DNA from: an uncultured bacterium
GTDB lineage: Bacteria; Margulisbacteria; WOR-1; CAVSGV01
Direction of reading: 5' to 3'
Assembly: GCA_963699255.1 (NCBI GenBank)
Contig: OY969425.1
Span: 1,260,001-1,292,000 of the forward strand
DNA length: 32,000 nt
The notes beneath the pieces were generated by a model that saw only the letters and a list, made by a program, of their open reading frames with translations, ran no database searches and was not told where the DNA came from. This document shows positions 8,268 to 15,998 of this stretch, one piece after another. Position numbers and translations under genes: made by a program. Every line of letters starts with the position of its first letter. Position 1 is the first letter of the stretch.

Positions 8268-9783
8268 GGTGAACAGCGCGGCGATATCGGGACTGGACGG
8301 ATATATCGTTGAAGTTGAAGTGGATTCGATCAGGGGGCTTCCCGGTCAATCGATAGTCGGGCTTCCTGACGCGGCCGTCAAAGAGAGCCGCGACAGGGTC
8401 AAGTTCGCGATAACGAATTCCGGTTTTGAATTTCCCCCGGGATATTTCACCATAAACCTGGCCCCAGCCGACATAAGAAAAGAAGGGCCTCTCTACGACC
8501 TGCCGATAGCCATCGGCATGCTCGCGTCATCCGATCAGATAAAAAGAGACGCGCTCGGCGATACCGTCATAATCGGAGAGCTTTCCCTGGACGGGGGCCT
8601 GCGGTCCATTAACGGCGTTCTGCCGATGTGCATGTCCATCGCCGGGAACGGGATAAAAAGAGTTATCGTGCCGAAGGACAACGCGGATGAAGCCGCCCTT
8701 GTGTCGGAAGTTGACGTGATAGCCTGTGAAAACCTGCTTGAAGCGACAAAATACCTTAACGGGGAAAGCTCGATCAAGCCGCACAAGATAGATATCGGCG
8801 CTCTATTTTCATCAAGGGCTTCATATGAAATAGATTTTTCCGATGTGAAAGGCCAGGGGCACGCCAGGAGGGCGCTGGAGGTGGCGGCGGCCGGAGGACA
8901 TAACATCCTTATGGTCGGATCCCCCGGCTCCGGGAAAACAATGCTTGCAAGACGCCTGCCCACGATACTGCCTCCCCTCTCGATCAAGGAAGCGCTTGAG
9001 GTGACGAAGCTTTACAGCATAACGGGCCTTCTAAGCTCAAAAAGATCCCTTATCACCGAGAGGCCTTTCCGGTCGCCGCATCACACGACATCGGACATAG
9101 GGATAATCGGCGGAGGAAGGGTCCCCCGGCCCGGCGAAGTAAGCCTGGCGCACATGGGGATACTGTTCCTTGATGAATTCCCTGAATTTGAAAGGGACGT
9201 CCTGGAAGTTCTGCGCCAGCCGCTGGAGGACGGCGTTGTCACCATAGCCAGGGCTCTAAGCTCTGTCACTTACCCGGCGGAATTCATGTTCGTGGCGGCG
9301 ATGAATCCCTGCCCCTGCGGGAATTACATGGACCCGACAAAAACATGCACCTGCCCTCCGCACAAGGTCCAGCGCTACTGGGGAAAGCTGTCGGGGCCGC
9401 TCCTTGACAGGATCGATCTCCATGTTGAAGTCCCCAGGCTGAAAAAAGAAGAGCTCTCAAGCCATTCGCCCGGGGAGTCGTCGGAGGCCGTCCGCAAGCG
9501 CGTGTCTGCCGCCCGTGATATCCAGACCAGAAGGTTCAATGCCGCGCAGGTCCGCTGCAACGCTAGAATGCTTCCGAAGCACGTGAAAGAGTTCTGCAAG
9601 CTTGCTAATGAAGCTGAAGCCCTGCTTAAGTCAGCGATAATCCAGCTGAAGATGTCCGGAAGGGCTTACGACAGGATATTGAAAGTTTCCAGGACGATAG
9701 CCGATCTGGACGGCTCGGAAACGATAAAAGCAAATCACATAGCGGAAGCGATACAGTACAGGTCGCTGGACAGGGGAAAATAA
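8257..9783 (+). CDS. YifB/ComM family Mg-chelatase-like AAA ATPase
   Basis: VEVDSIRGLPGQSIVGLPDAAVKESRDRVK...NILMVGSPGSGKTMLARRLPTILPPLS...RPFRSPHHTTSD...GILFLDEFPEF...AAMNPCPCG...RYWGKLSGPLLDRIDLH. Confidence 0.95.
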   Translation: MLVKVNSAAISGLDGYIVEVEVDSIRGLPGQSIVGLPDAAVKESRDRVKFAITNSGFEFPPGYFTINLAPADIRKEGPLYDLPIAIGMLASSDQIKRDALGDTVIIGELSLDGGLRSINGVLPMCMSIAGNGIKRVIVPKDNADEAALVSEVDVIACENLLEATKYLNGESSIKPHKIDIGALFSSRASYEIDFSDVKGQGHARRALEVAAAGGHNILMVGSPGSGKTMLARRLPTILPPLSIKEALEVTKLYSITGLLSSKRSLITERPFRSPHHTTSDIGIIGGGRVPRPGEVSLAHMGILFLDEFPEFERDVLEVLRQPLEDGVVTIARALSSVTYPAEFMFVAAMNPCPCGNYMDPTKTCTCPPHKVQRYWGKLSGPLLDRIDLHVEVPRLKKEELSSHSPGESSEAVRKRVSAARDIQTRRFNAAQVRCNARMLPKHVKEFCKLANEAEALLKSAIIQLKMSGRAYDRILKVSRTIADLDGSETIKANHIAEAIQYRSLDRGK

Positions 9784-9880
9784 TCGAAGCTCGAAAAGGG
9801 ACTGCGAAGCTCGTCTGGATATTCGATGCAGGAATAGAGGCAGTGAAGCTTGACAAAATTCTGAAAGGAGGAAGCCGGTA

Positions 9881-10359
9881 AAATGCAAAGAAAACCGATC
9901 AGAAGCTTTGGAGATCTAGAAGTATATCAGAATACATACGAGGCATCTCTGATCGTTATCAAAAAGATACTTCCGAATCTTCCAAAGGAAGAAAGGTTCG
10001 ATTTAATAGATCAACTTCGAAGATCCTCAAAGGCTGTCCCCAGGCTGATAGCCGAAGGTTATTCAAAAAAACATCATGTTAAGAACTTTAAAAAATATCT
10101 TGATGATGCGATTGGTGAAAGCAATGAAACGATAGTTTCTCTTTGCCATGTTCGCGATCTATACGGACAATCTGTTGACATAAAGTTGTGTGACCAGCTT
10201 ATCGACTTGTATGACAAATCAAGCCGGCAGATGTTCAACCTGGCCGTCACATGGAAGGATTTTGGTTACAGAAAAAATATCCAGCCTCTGGCTTCGACAT
10301 CGAGCTTCGAGACGAGTCTCGAAGCCGAGCCTCAAGCATCGTGTTTATCAAGGAGGTGA
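9881..10359 (+). CDS. Four-helix-bundle (S23 / 23S rRNA-intervening-sequence-like) protein; exact start 9881-9883 uncertain
   Basis: RSFGDLEVYQNTYEASLIVIKKILPNLPKEERFDLIDQLRRSSKAVPRLIAEGYSKKH; RBS AAAGGAGGAAG upstream. Confidence 0.88.
10304..10325. repeat. Palindrome GCTTCGAGAC-GA-GTCTCGAAGC inside the S23-like gene 3' end
   Basis: 10-bp perfect arms with 2-nt loop; encodes part of the C-terminal tail TSSFETSLEAEPQ, beyond the expected helical bundle. Confidence 0.9.
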
Positions 10360-10364
10360 TCCCT

Positions 10365-10496
10365 ATGTACAAAGTGATGTACCGGCTGCCCTTAAACCAG
10401 GTCAGGGAAATAGTGATAAGTGAAGATGAATTGAAAGCGTGGTTGAGCCGGGCCTATTTAAGGGAGAGGATCATTAGTTACGAGAAGATATCGTAA
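10365..10496 (+). CDS. Small hypothetical protein, 43 aa
   Basis: MYKVMYRLPLNQVREIVISEDELKAWLSRAYLRERIISYEKIS; near-perfect RBS AAGGAGGTGAT 5 nt upstream of ATG 10365. Confidence 0.6.
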   Translation: MYKVMYRLPLNQVREIVISEDELKAWLSRAYLRERIISYEKIS

Positions 10497-10502
10497 TGGA
10501 AT

Positions 10503-10527
10503 GGGGTGCCATTTTGGCTCCCCTTTT
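10503..10527 (+). terminator. Rho-independent terminator candidate
   Basis: GGGG(T)GCCA-TTT-TGGC(T)CCCC followed by TTTT. Confidence 0.7.
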
Positions 10528-10570
10528 CCACAGGGTTATCAAATGAAGAAGGGACTAAGGAGGCGTATAA

Positions 10571-11137
10571 ATGAATAAATTGATCGGTATTCAAAATAAG
10601 ATATTTGAGATAAGAGGTCAGAAAGTGATGATCGATAAAGATATTGCGGAATTATATGATATTTCAACAAAAGCACTGAATCAGGCAGTAAAAAGGAACA
10701 TGGAGAGATTCCCGGCAGATTTTATGTTCCAGCTAGCGTACAACGAGATAATTGATATGGGGGCGATCAAGCAAAGAAAGGGATCAAGGTCACAAATTGT
10801 GACCTTGAAAAGAGGAAAAAACATCAAATATCTCCCATACGCTTTTACCCGGAACGGGGTTAATATGCTGGCCACGGTCCTAAGGTCCAGGATCGCGGTA
10901 CAGAGATCTATATTTATAATGCGGGCATTTTCAGCATTAGAAGAAGCTATCGGAAAAAGTAAACAACAACTTCTATCCAGTCCTAAAGCAATGAAACAGC
11001 TTTCGGTGCATTCAAAAGCTATAATGAGACTGTTCAAGGAAATTAACAATGATCATAAACAGATATCAATTTTGAAAAATCTGCAAACTGAGCTGGCAAA
11101 GCTGATCCAGAAGATAATTATTGCGTCAATAAAATAG
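10571..11137 (+). CDS. ORF6N domain-containing protein
   Basis: IFEIRGQKVMIDKDIAELYDISTKALNQAVKRNMERFPADFMFQL...GKNIKYLPYAFTRNGVNMLATVLRSRIAVQRSIFIMRAF; AAGGAGG RBS. Confidence 0.88.
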   Translation: MNKLIGIQNKIFEIRGQKVMIDKDIAELYDISTKALNQAVKRNMERFPADFMFQLAYNEIIDMGAIKQRKGSRSQIVTLKRGKNIKYLPYAFTRNGVNMLATVLRSRIAVQRSIFIMRAFSALEEAIGKSKQQLLSSPKAMKQLSVHSKAIMRLFKEINNDHKQISILKNLQTELAKLIQKIIIASIK

Positions 11138-11289
11138 TGTTGTATTCATCCTCCCTTTCCCCTGACACTCGATTCCTCATCTCTCACTATCCCCTAGTCT
11201 CTGATCCCCAGTCCCCGAACCCTAATCCCTTCCTCTACTTTGCTTTCTCCTTCACTGAGAGTATAATTATTCAACAAGGCGGTGATGTT

Positions 11290-11397
11290 ATGGGTAAAGG
11301 CGATAACAGGGACAAAAAAGAACAAAAAAAAGCGCCACAGAAAACGCTTAAAGAAAAGAGAGCCGAGAAGAGGGCGAAGAAGCAGGGCAATCAGTAG
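11290..11397 (+). CDS. Small highly basic/charged protein, 35 aa
   Basis: MGKGDNRDKKEQKKAPQKTLKEKRAEKRAKKQGNQ; RBS-like AAGGCGG upstream, terminator downstream. Confidence 0.55.
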   Translation: MGKGDNRDKKEQKKAPQKTLKEKRAEKRAKKQGNQ

Positions 11398-11428
11398 AAC
11401 GGACCGGCAGTCCTATTCTTAACTAATG

Positions 11429-11465
11429 ACCGGGGCATCAATGAGTTTGGTGCCTCGGTTTTTTA
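11429..11465 (+). terminator. Rho-independent terminator candidate
   Basis: ACCG(G)GGCA ... TGCC(T)CGGT followed by TTTTT. Confidence 0.7.
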
Positions 11466-11477
11466 TGCTTGCCCGGA

Positions 11478-12803
11478 TCACGGATACTGATACGCTCCCA
11501 TTGAATTATGGCCTGACCTTGCCGTCCCTGCATAATCTTTGGATGGGGCACCTGATTTCGTTCCGCCATGGGTCACATCTGTCGTAGTACTTGCCGTCAG
11601 CATAAGATCTCTTGAGCTGCTATACGGCAATGAGGTTGCGGCAAATGCGGGATCAAAATCTACATTGTTCGTGCCGGGATATCCACCCTGGACGTCGCTA
11701 TAGTTAACATTACATCCGGCAATAATCTGAGGGTCGGTTAAAGCAATGTTGCCATACAAGATGCAGTTCGTAAGTTTTGTTTGTGAGTATCCATCTATCG
11801 CGCCGCTTCCTGAAGCAACGTTGCTTGATATCACCTCGTTGGACGCGAAAGTACAGTTGAATATTTTCAGGTCAAAACCATTATTTGGCTGACGTATCGC
11901 TCCGCCAAGCCCCTGACTTACTCCGGTATCCACCTTATTGTTAAAAAACAGACAATTGGTCATTGTTCCGCCGTAACTTACATATGCAGCTCCGCTATCT
12001 GCGTAACCGGCGCGCGTCACCTGATTGCCCGACAAAGAACAAGCCTCCAGGGTTATATTCGGCACATATATGGCGCCACCTACCTGAGCCGCAGAATTGT
12101 TTGAAAAATTGCAATTGCTCGCTGATAAATAGCCGCCTGAAGGAGGTGTTAACCCATGGACTAATAAAACGGCGCCGCCATATTGTCCCGTATTGCCTTC
12201 AAAGGTACAATTTTCTGCTAACACGTTATCATCTTGATAGGCACCATAGATCGCACCGCCACCATTGACGCCCCCCCCGGCGCTATTGTTGTTAGCCATT
12301 ACAACATTCTTAAGGTTGACGGTGATCCCATTCTGGTGAATATAAATGCCGCCGCCGCTGCCGGTACTGCTACCATTATTTATTGTAAGCGATTGTATTA
12401 TTATGGTCTGGTTGGTCGCGGCATCGGAAGGAATAGTAATGCATATGCCGGTCGCATCGCCGGAAATTATGGCCCCATCCGTGGATTCTCCGCTAATGCA
12501 GACGGACTCAAATGTGGACCAGGAGAGATGTTCTGCGTAAGTGCCGTCCACAACGCGTATAAGTGTTTTTGGTTTGGCAACGCTTAAAGCATAGTTAATA
12601 GTCTTGTATGCGTTCGCTGCATTTGTGCCTGTTCCGGTCTCATCGGATCCTGAATTTGAAACCCAGATATAATGGGCATATAAAGAACCGCCGCCGGTGC
12701 TGCCGCCTCCGCCCGTAGGATTTCCGCAGCCGGAAAGTATTATGGCGCCGGTTAAAACCGTTAATAGCGCGATCATTGAGACGAAAAGAATATTTGCTTT
12801 CAT
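11478..12803 (-). CDS. Lipoprotein with right-handed parallel beta-helix repeats
   Basis: Lipobox-like LTGAIILSGCGN plus Gly-rich linker; WVSNSGSDETGTGTNAANAYKTINYALSVAKPKTLIRVVDGTYAE (DUF1565/pectate-lyase-like); repeated NCTFEGNTGQYGGAV, NCNFSNNSAAQVGGAIYVPN units. Confidence 0.85.
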   Translation of the reverse strand: MKANILFVSMIALLTVLTGAIILSGCGNPTGGGGSTGGGSLYAHYIWVSNSGSDETGTGTNAANAYKTINYALSVAKPKTLIRVVDGTYAEHLSWSTFESVCISGESTDGAIISGDATGICITIPSDAATNQTIIIQSLTINNGSSTGSGGGIYIHQNGITVNLKNVVMANNNSAGGGVNGGGAIYGAYQDDNVLAENCTFEGNTGQYGGAVLLVHGLTPPSGGYLSASNCNFSNNSAAQVGGAIYVPNITLEACSLSGNQVTRAGYADSGAAYVSYGGTMTNCLFFNNKVDTGVSQGLGGAIRQPNNGFDLKIFNCTFASNEVISSNVASGSGAIDGYSQTKLTNCILYGNIALTDPQIIAGCNVNYSDVQGGYPGTNNVDFDPAFAATSLPYSSSRDLMLTASTTTDVTHGGTKSGAPSKDYAGTARSGHNSMGAYQYP

Positions 12804-12885
12804 TTTTCCTCCCTGAACGCTCGATTTTGCACTATTATAGTATGCGCAGGTTTGCAGTCAATTGAATAAACAGGCCATATAATAT

Positions 12886-14037
12886 CTACTTCATTTCCAG
12901 TATCCAAAGGAACTCTTTTACCTTGATATTCCTGCCCTTCAAATTCCTTGAACCCCGATAGGTATTATACTCCTGCATCATAACGTCACATTTCCCATGC
13001 CGTTTCATGATCCTTTTCAGGTCCTCAAGGCCGATCAAACCTTCGTCATTATATGAAAGAAGGATATATTTGGCCCTCGTATTTGCTATCAGGTCATCCA
13101 AGGCGGCTTCGGCCTGTTTAGCTTTATTATATGAAGACCTGTTCCATTCTTGCGCTATCCCGCTTACCCCGTCCTGGATATCAATTTCTTTTGATCCGCC
13201 GGCGATAATATTGAGCATGAAGTAATTCGAGCCGTAAGGATGCTGGTTGTATGGGGGATCGAAATACGCCAGGTCGATCTCTTTTGGCATATCCTTTGAC
13301 TTCACCAGATCATTTATGTCGAGCCTGAAGACCCGCACATCACATTCAACATCACTGAATATTGGAGTGTTCAGCTCGATCTCTTTCTTTATCCTTGTAA
13401 GCGCATTCTCCCCCTGCCCCCCAAACCACCCGATGCCGCCTTTTTTATGGAATCCCTTGAAAACACCGGAGGTGTTCGTGTGGATCGACGCTTCCACTAT
13501 CAGTGGCGCGAGGAAAAAATGCCTTTTGCCGCTGTCTATGGAAGTATTTATCAGCCTCTTCAGGTTGTCAATTATCTTCGCGTTCCTGTTCGTGTAAAAG
13601 ACTCGTTCTCCCGGCTTGATGTTGTTATCGTTTTTTGGCGCATAGTTCTTCTCGATAAAGCCGGGTTTTTTAATTTTAGCTTTCAATTTGTGTTCATTAA
13701 GCCACTCCATCCGGTCATTGATGTAGTCGATATCGATCTGTGACCGGTTCGCCAGATAACATTTATTGATCACTTCACAATATAGCTCAAGGTCATTTAC
13801 GAATAATTTGCTTGAATGATACTTGAGCAACCTGGAAACAGCGCCGCTCCCGGAAAAACCGTCGAATGTAACAAGTTTTTCTTTCCCGAGTTTCTTTTTT
13901 ACGGCTTCTATCCCATTGTTTATGAAGGGCAGCAAACTCCGCTTGTTGCCGATATAAGTGATAAGTTGTGTTGTAAAATATGGGTCGGATAGGTCAATGA
14001 TTTCCGGGATCGCAGCATCGACAAATTTCGTTTTCAT
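12886..14037 (-). CDS. D12-class DNA adenine-N6 methyltransferase, apparently orphan
   Basis: TYIGNKRSLLPFI (SAM motif region), FDGFSGSGAVSRLLK, and the catalytic motif DLAYFDPPYNQHPYGSNYFMLN. Confidence 0.85.
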   Translation of the reverse strand: MKTKFVDAAIPEIIDLSDPYFTTQLITYIGNKRSLLPFINNGIEAVKKKLGKEKLVTFDGFSGSGAVSRLLKYHSSKLFVNDLELYCEVINKCYLANRSQIDIDYINDRMEWLNEHKLKAKIKKPGFIEKNYAPKNDNNIKPGERVFYTNRNAKIIDNLKRLINTSIDSGKRHFFLAPLIVEASIHTNTSGVFKGFHKKGGIGWFGGQGENALTRIKKEIELNTPIFSDVECDVRVFRLDINDLVKSKDMPKEIDLAYFDPPYNQHPYGSNYFMLNIIAGGSKEIDIQDGVSGIAQEWNRSSYNKAKQAEAALDDLIANTRAKYILLSYNDEGLIGLEDLKRIMKRHGKCDVMMQEYNTYRGSRNLKGRNIKVKEFLWILEMK

Positions 14038-14047
14038 ATAAATTTCC

Positions 14048-14545
14048 CTATAAGATCTTGAACTCGAATGTTTTGAACGGGAGGATATTGAACTTAACCC
14101 TCAAGACCGACCTGCCGCTTCCGGAATATCCGACCGAATATATGATGTTCTTCCCGCTCTCTCTGACGATCTTATAACTGCCGCCGCCGAATTGGATAAC
14201 TGCGCCTTTCGCGGTATTCAATAACCAGGCGGAATCGTCCGCCGGCGAGTGAGGGTTGTCGGTGAACCAGTTGAGATTGGCCGAGATCATCGCTTTCCCG
14301 TCCTCGATACCTGCTTCCGCCAGATAAAATGCTTTCTCCTTCTGGACATAAAGGTCCACCATGCTCCTCTCGGAGAAAACTATCTTCACGAATATCGCCC
14401 CCGCGACCATAAGCGCCGATATCATGAGCAGAACGATGACCAGAGCCTGGCCTTTTGAGCCTGCCCTGAGCGGAGTCGAAGGGCCTCCCCTGAGCGAAGT
14501 CGAAGGGCCTCCCCTGAGCGGAGTCGAAGGGCTAATTCCTCGCAT
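14048..14545 (-). CDS. PilX/GspK-like minor pseudopilin with repeat-derived N-terminus (start uncertain; track ORF begins 14599)
   Basis: KGQALVIVLLMISALMVAGAIFVKIVFSERSMVDLYVQKEKAFYLAEAGIEDGKAMI; preceded by STPLRGGPSTSLRGGPSTPLRAG encoded by the 24-nt repeats. Confidence 0.7.
   Translation of the reverse strand: MRGISPSTPLRGGPSTSLRGGPSTPLRAGSKGQALVIVLLMISALMVAGAIFVKIVFSERSMVDLYVQKEKAFYLAEAGIEDGKAMISANLNWFTDNPHSPADDSAWLLNTAKGAVIQFGGGSYKIVRESGKNIIYSVGYSGSGRSVLRVKFNILPFKTFEFKIL
14460..14531. repeat. Three tandem 24-nt repeats CCTSCCCTGAGCGRAGTCGAAGGG
   Basis: CCTGCCCTGAGCGGAGTCGAAGGG (14460-14483), CCTCCCCTGAGCGAAGTCGAAGGG (14484-14507), CCTCCCCTGAGCGGAGTCGAAGGG (14508-14531). Confidence 0.97.
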
Positions 14546-15092
14546 AAACATCCAGATAATAATCTCCTCCATACTTCGGCGTGATATCGATCCTGACAAG
14601 CTTTGACGACGGGTATGAGAACTTCAAACCTTTGATCTCCCCCTCGGTCGTCAGATAATAGACGTCGCTTCCCTCCTGCCTTCTCACTTTGTTATCAAGG
14701 AATTCGTAAGTGATGCTGCCGATGACGAGTTTGTCCGGGCCGGAGCCGGCACTTGCGCCGCTGCTCTGCATGATATCCGACGATATCCTGCCGGCCGTGA
14801 ACCTGGCCGCCTGAGCTGAACTGGTAAGGTCTGTGGACATGAACATCAATTTGATCGAGGAAAAAGCAAAATAAAATATCGATACGCTTATGGCGGCGAT
14901 CAGCGCCGTGGCTATCAGCAATTCGATAAGAGTGAACCCTTTAGAAGAGCTATAGGAGCTAGAAGTGGTAGAGGTGGATAGGTTTAGAGGTAAAGAAGTT
15001 TTGACATCTCGAACCTCTATACTTCTATGCCTCTTATCCTCTTCTTCCTCTAGCTCTTCTAGCTCATCTTTTATTAGCTCCTCTTTTTTCAA
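14532..15092 (-). CDS. PilW-like minor pseudopilin, TTG start, long repeat-derived leader
   Basis: Prepilin-peptidase site SSSKGFTLIELLIATALIAAISVSIFYFAF preceded by about 50 aa MKKEELIKDELEELEEEEDKRHRSIEVRDVKTSLPLNLSTSTTSSSYS. Confidence 0.8.
   Translation of the reverse strand: MKKEELIKDELEELEEEEDKRHRSIEVRDVKTSLPLNLSTSTTSSSYSSSKGFTLIELLIATALIAAISVSIFYFAFSSIKLMFMSTDLTSSAQAARFTAGRISSDIMQSSGASAGSGPDKLVIGSITYEFLDNKVRRQEGSDVYYLTTEGEIKGLKFSYPSSKLVRIDITPKYGGDYYLDVYARN
14942..15085. repeat. GA/CT-rich long imperfect inverted repeat element (copy 1)
   Basis: TAGAAGAGCTATAGGAGCTAGAAGTGGTAGAGG (left) opposed by CCTCTTATCCTCTTCTTCCTCTAGCTCTTCTAGCTC (right). Confidence 0.75.
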
Positions 15093-15451
15093 AACCTGCT
15101 CCTCAAAGTGTTCAGTTCGATCTTATCCCTGACCGTTATCGATATCCTGTCGTTCCCGGCCGAATTGACCATGATAAGCCCTTTGCCGTTGTCAAAGGCC
15201 GTGTTGTTGTATGAGAGCAGGGCGCCGAAATCCTTGCTGCGCAGGTCTTCCATGACGCTCTTAGAGGCAAATAGCGATCTTGTAAGTTGTCTTGAGGCTG
15301 CTACTTGTTTGACGGCGACAGCGGCCATGAACACGAACGAGGCTGCAAAAATACAGATGATGGAAGAAGCGACCAGGACTTCAACTAAAGTGAAGGCTTT
15401 GGATATTGATCGCACCGGCCATTGCCGGTCCTGTTTACAATTATTATTCAA
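15089..15451 (-). CDS. PilV/GspI-like minor pseudopilin
   Basis: SISKAFTLVEVLVASSIICIFAASFVFMAAVAVKQVAASRQLTRSLFASKSVMEDL. Confidence 0.82.
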   Translation of the reverse strand: MNNNCKQDRQWPVRSISKAFTLVEVLVASSIICIFAASFVFMAAVAVKQVAASRQLTRSLFASKSVMEDLRSKDFGALLSYNNTAFDNGKGLIMVNSAGNDRISITVRDKIELNTLRSRF

Positions 15452-15986
15452 CCCTTATCCTGCCTCTTGAGGAAACGACGATCTTTTTGGCCGTTGGCTG
15501 CGCGCCCAGCAGCACCGTGCCGCTGCCGCCGACATCCGTATTTCCGGAGGGTGCAAAACTGAAATAGCTTTTACCGTAGAACTGCGTGTCATTGCCCGCT
15601 GTCACTGACCTGTACAGGCTTGTTCCTTTCATTATATTGTACTCATTCTTCCCCGCCTTGAACTCTATCCTGCAGGTCTGGGATGACGCGCAGGCAAGCT
15701 GCTGGGTCAGTTTTACGTCGGAAACCACCTGGTTAACGGCATTGCTGTACTCCAGTGAGGTTGTGAATTTTTTAAAACCGACTACGGATATGGCCATCAA
15801 AAAACTGACAATGACAAGAACGATCAAGACCTCGATAAGGGTGAAAGCTTTAGAAGAGCTAGAGGAGCTATAAGCGGCAGAGGTAGAGAGGTTAAGAGGT
15901 TGAGACGTTAAGACGTCTTGCCCTTCTTCTCCTCTACACTTCTCCCCCTCTTTCACCTCTAGCTCTTCTAGCTCCTCTATTTTCAC
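15444..15986 (-). CDS. GspH/FimT-like pseudopilin with long repeat-derived leader
   Basis: SSSSSSKAFTLIEVLIVLVIVSFLMAISVVGFKKFTTSLEYSNAVNQVVSDVKLTQQLA preceded by MKIEELEELEVKEGEKCRGEEGQDVLTSQPLNLSTSAAYS. Confidence 0.82.
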   Translation of the reverse strand: MKIEELEELEVKEGEKCRGEEGQDVLTSQPLNLSTSAAYSSSSSSKAFTLIEVLIVLVIVSFLMAISVVGFKKFTTSLEYSNAVNQVVSDVKLTQQLACASSQTCRIEFKAGKNEYNIMKGTSLYRSVTAGNDTQFYGKSYFSFAPSGNTDVGGSGTVLLGAQPTAKKIVVSSRGRIRVE

Positions 15987-15998
15987 TTCTAGCTCCTC
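15851..15998. repeat. GA/CT-rich long imperfect inverted repeat element (copy 2)
   Basis: TAGAAGAGCTAGAGGAGCTATAAGCGGCAGAGGTAGAGAGG opposed by CCTCTTTCACCTCTAGCTCTTCTAGCTCCTC; same vocabulary as copy 1 and starts directly after the panC stop. Confidence 0.8.

Noticed and set aside
9784-9880. Short alternate-frame ORF (GKIIEARKGTAKLVWIFDAGIEAVKLDKILKGGSR) between the ComM-like gene and the S23-like gene
   Set aside because: No clear start codon or family; kept only as an unexplained open stretch, possibly chance or a gene remnant.
10571-11137. Prophage remnant based on the ORF6N domain protein
   Set aside because: No integrase, capsid, terminase, lysis or attachment-site evidence nearby; ORF6N proteins also occur outside prophages.
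11963-13743. + strand ORFs opposite the beta-helix lipoprotein and methyltransferase genes
   Set aside because: Antisense to well-supported - strand genes; low-complexity or His/Arg-rich translations.
12886-14037. Complete restriction-modification system
   Set aside because: Only the methyltransferase is visible; neighbours are a pseudopilin and a beta-helix lipoprotein, neither nuclease-like.
14460-14531. Tandem 24-nt repeats as a CRISPR array
   Set aside because: Units are directly adjacent with no spacers and lie in a coding sequence; no cas genes in the window.
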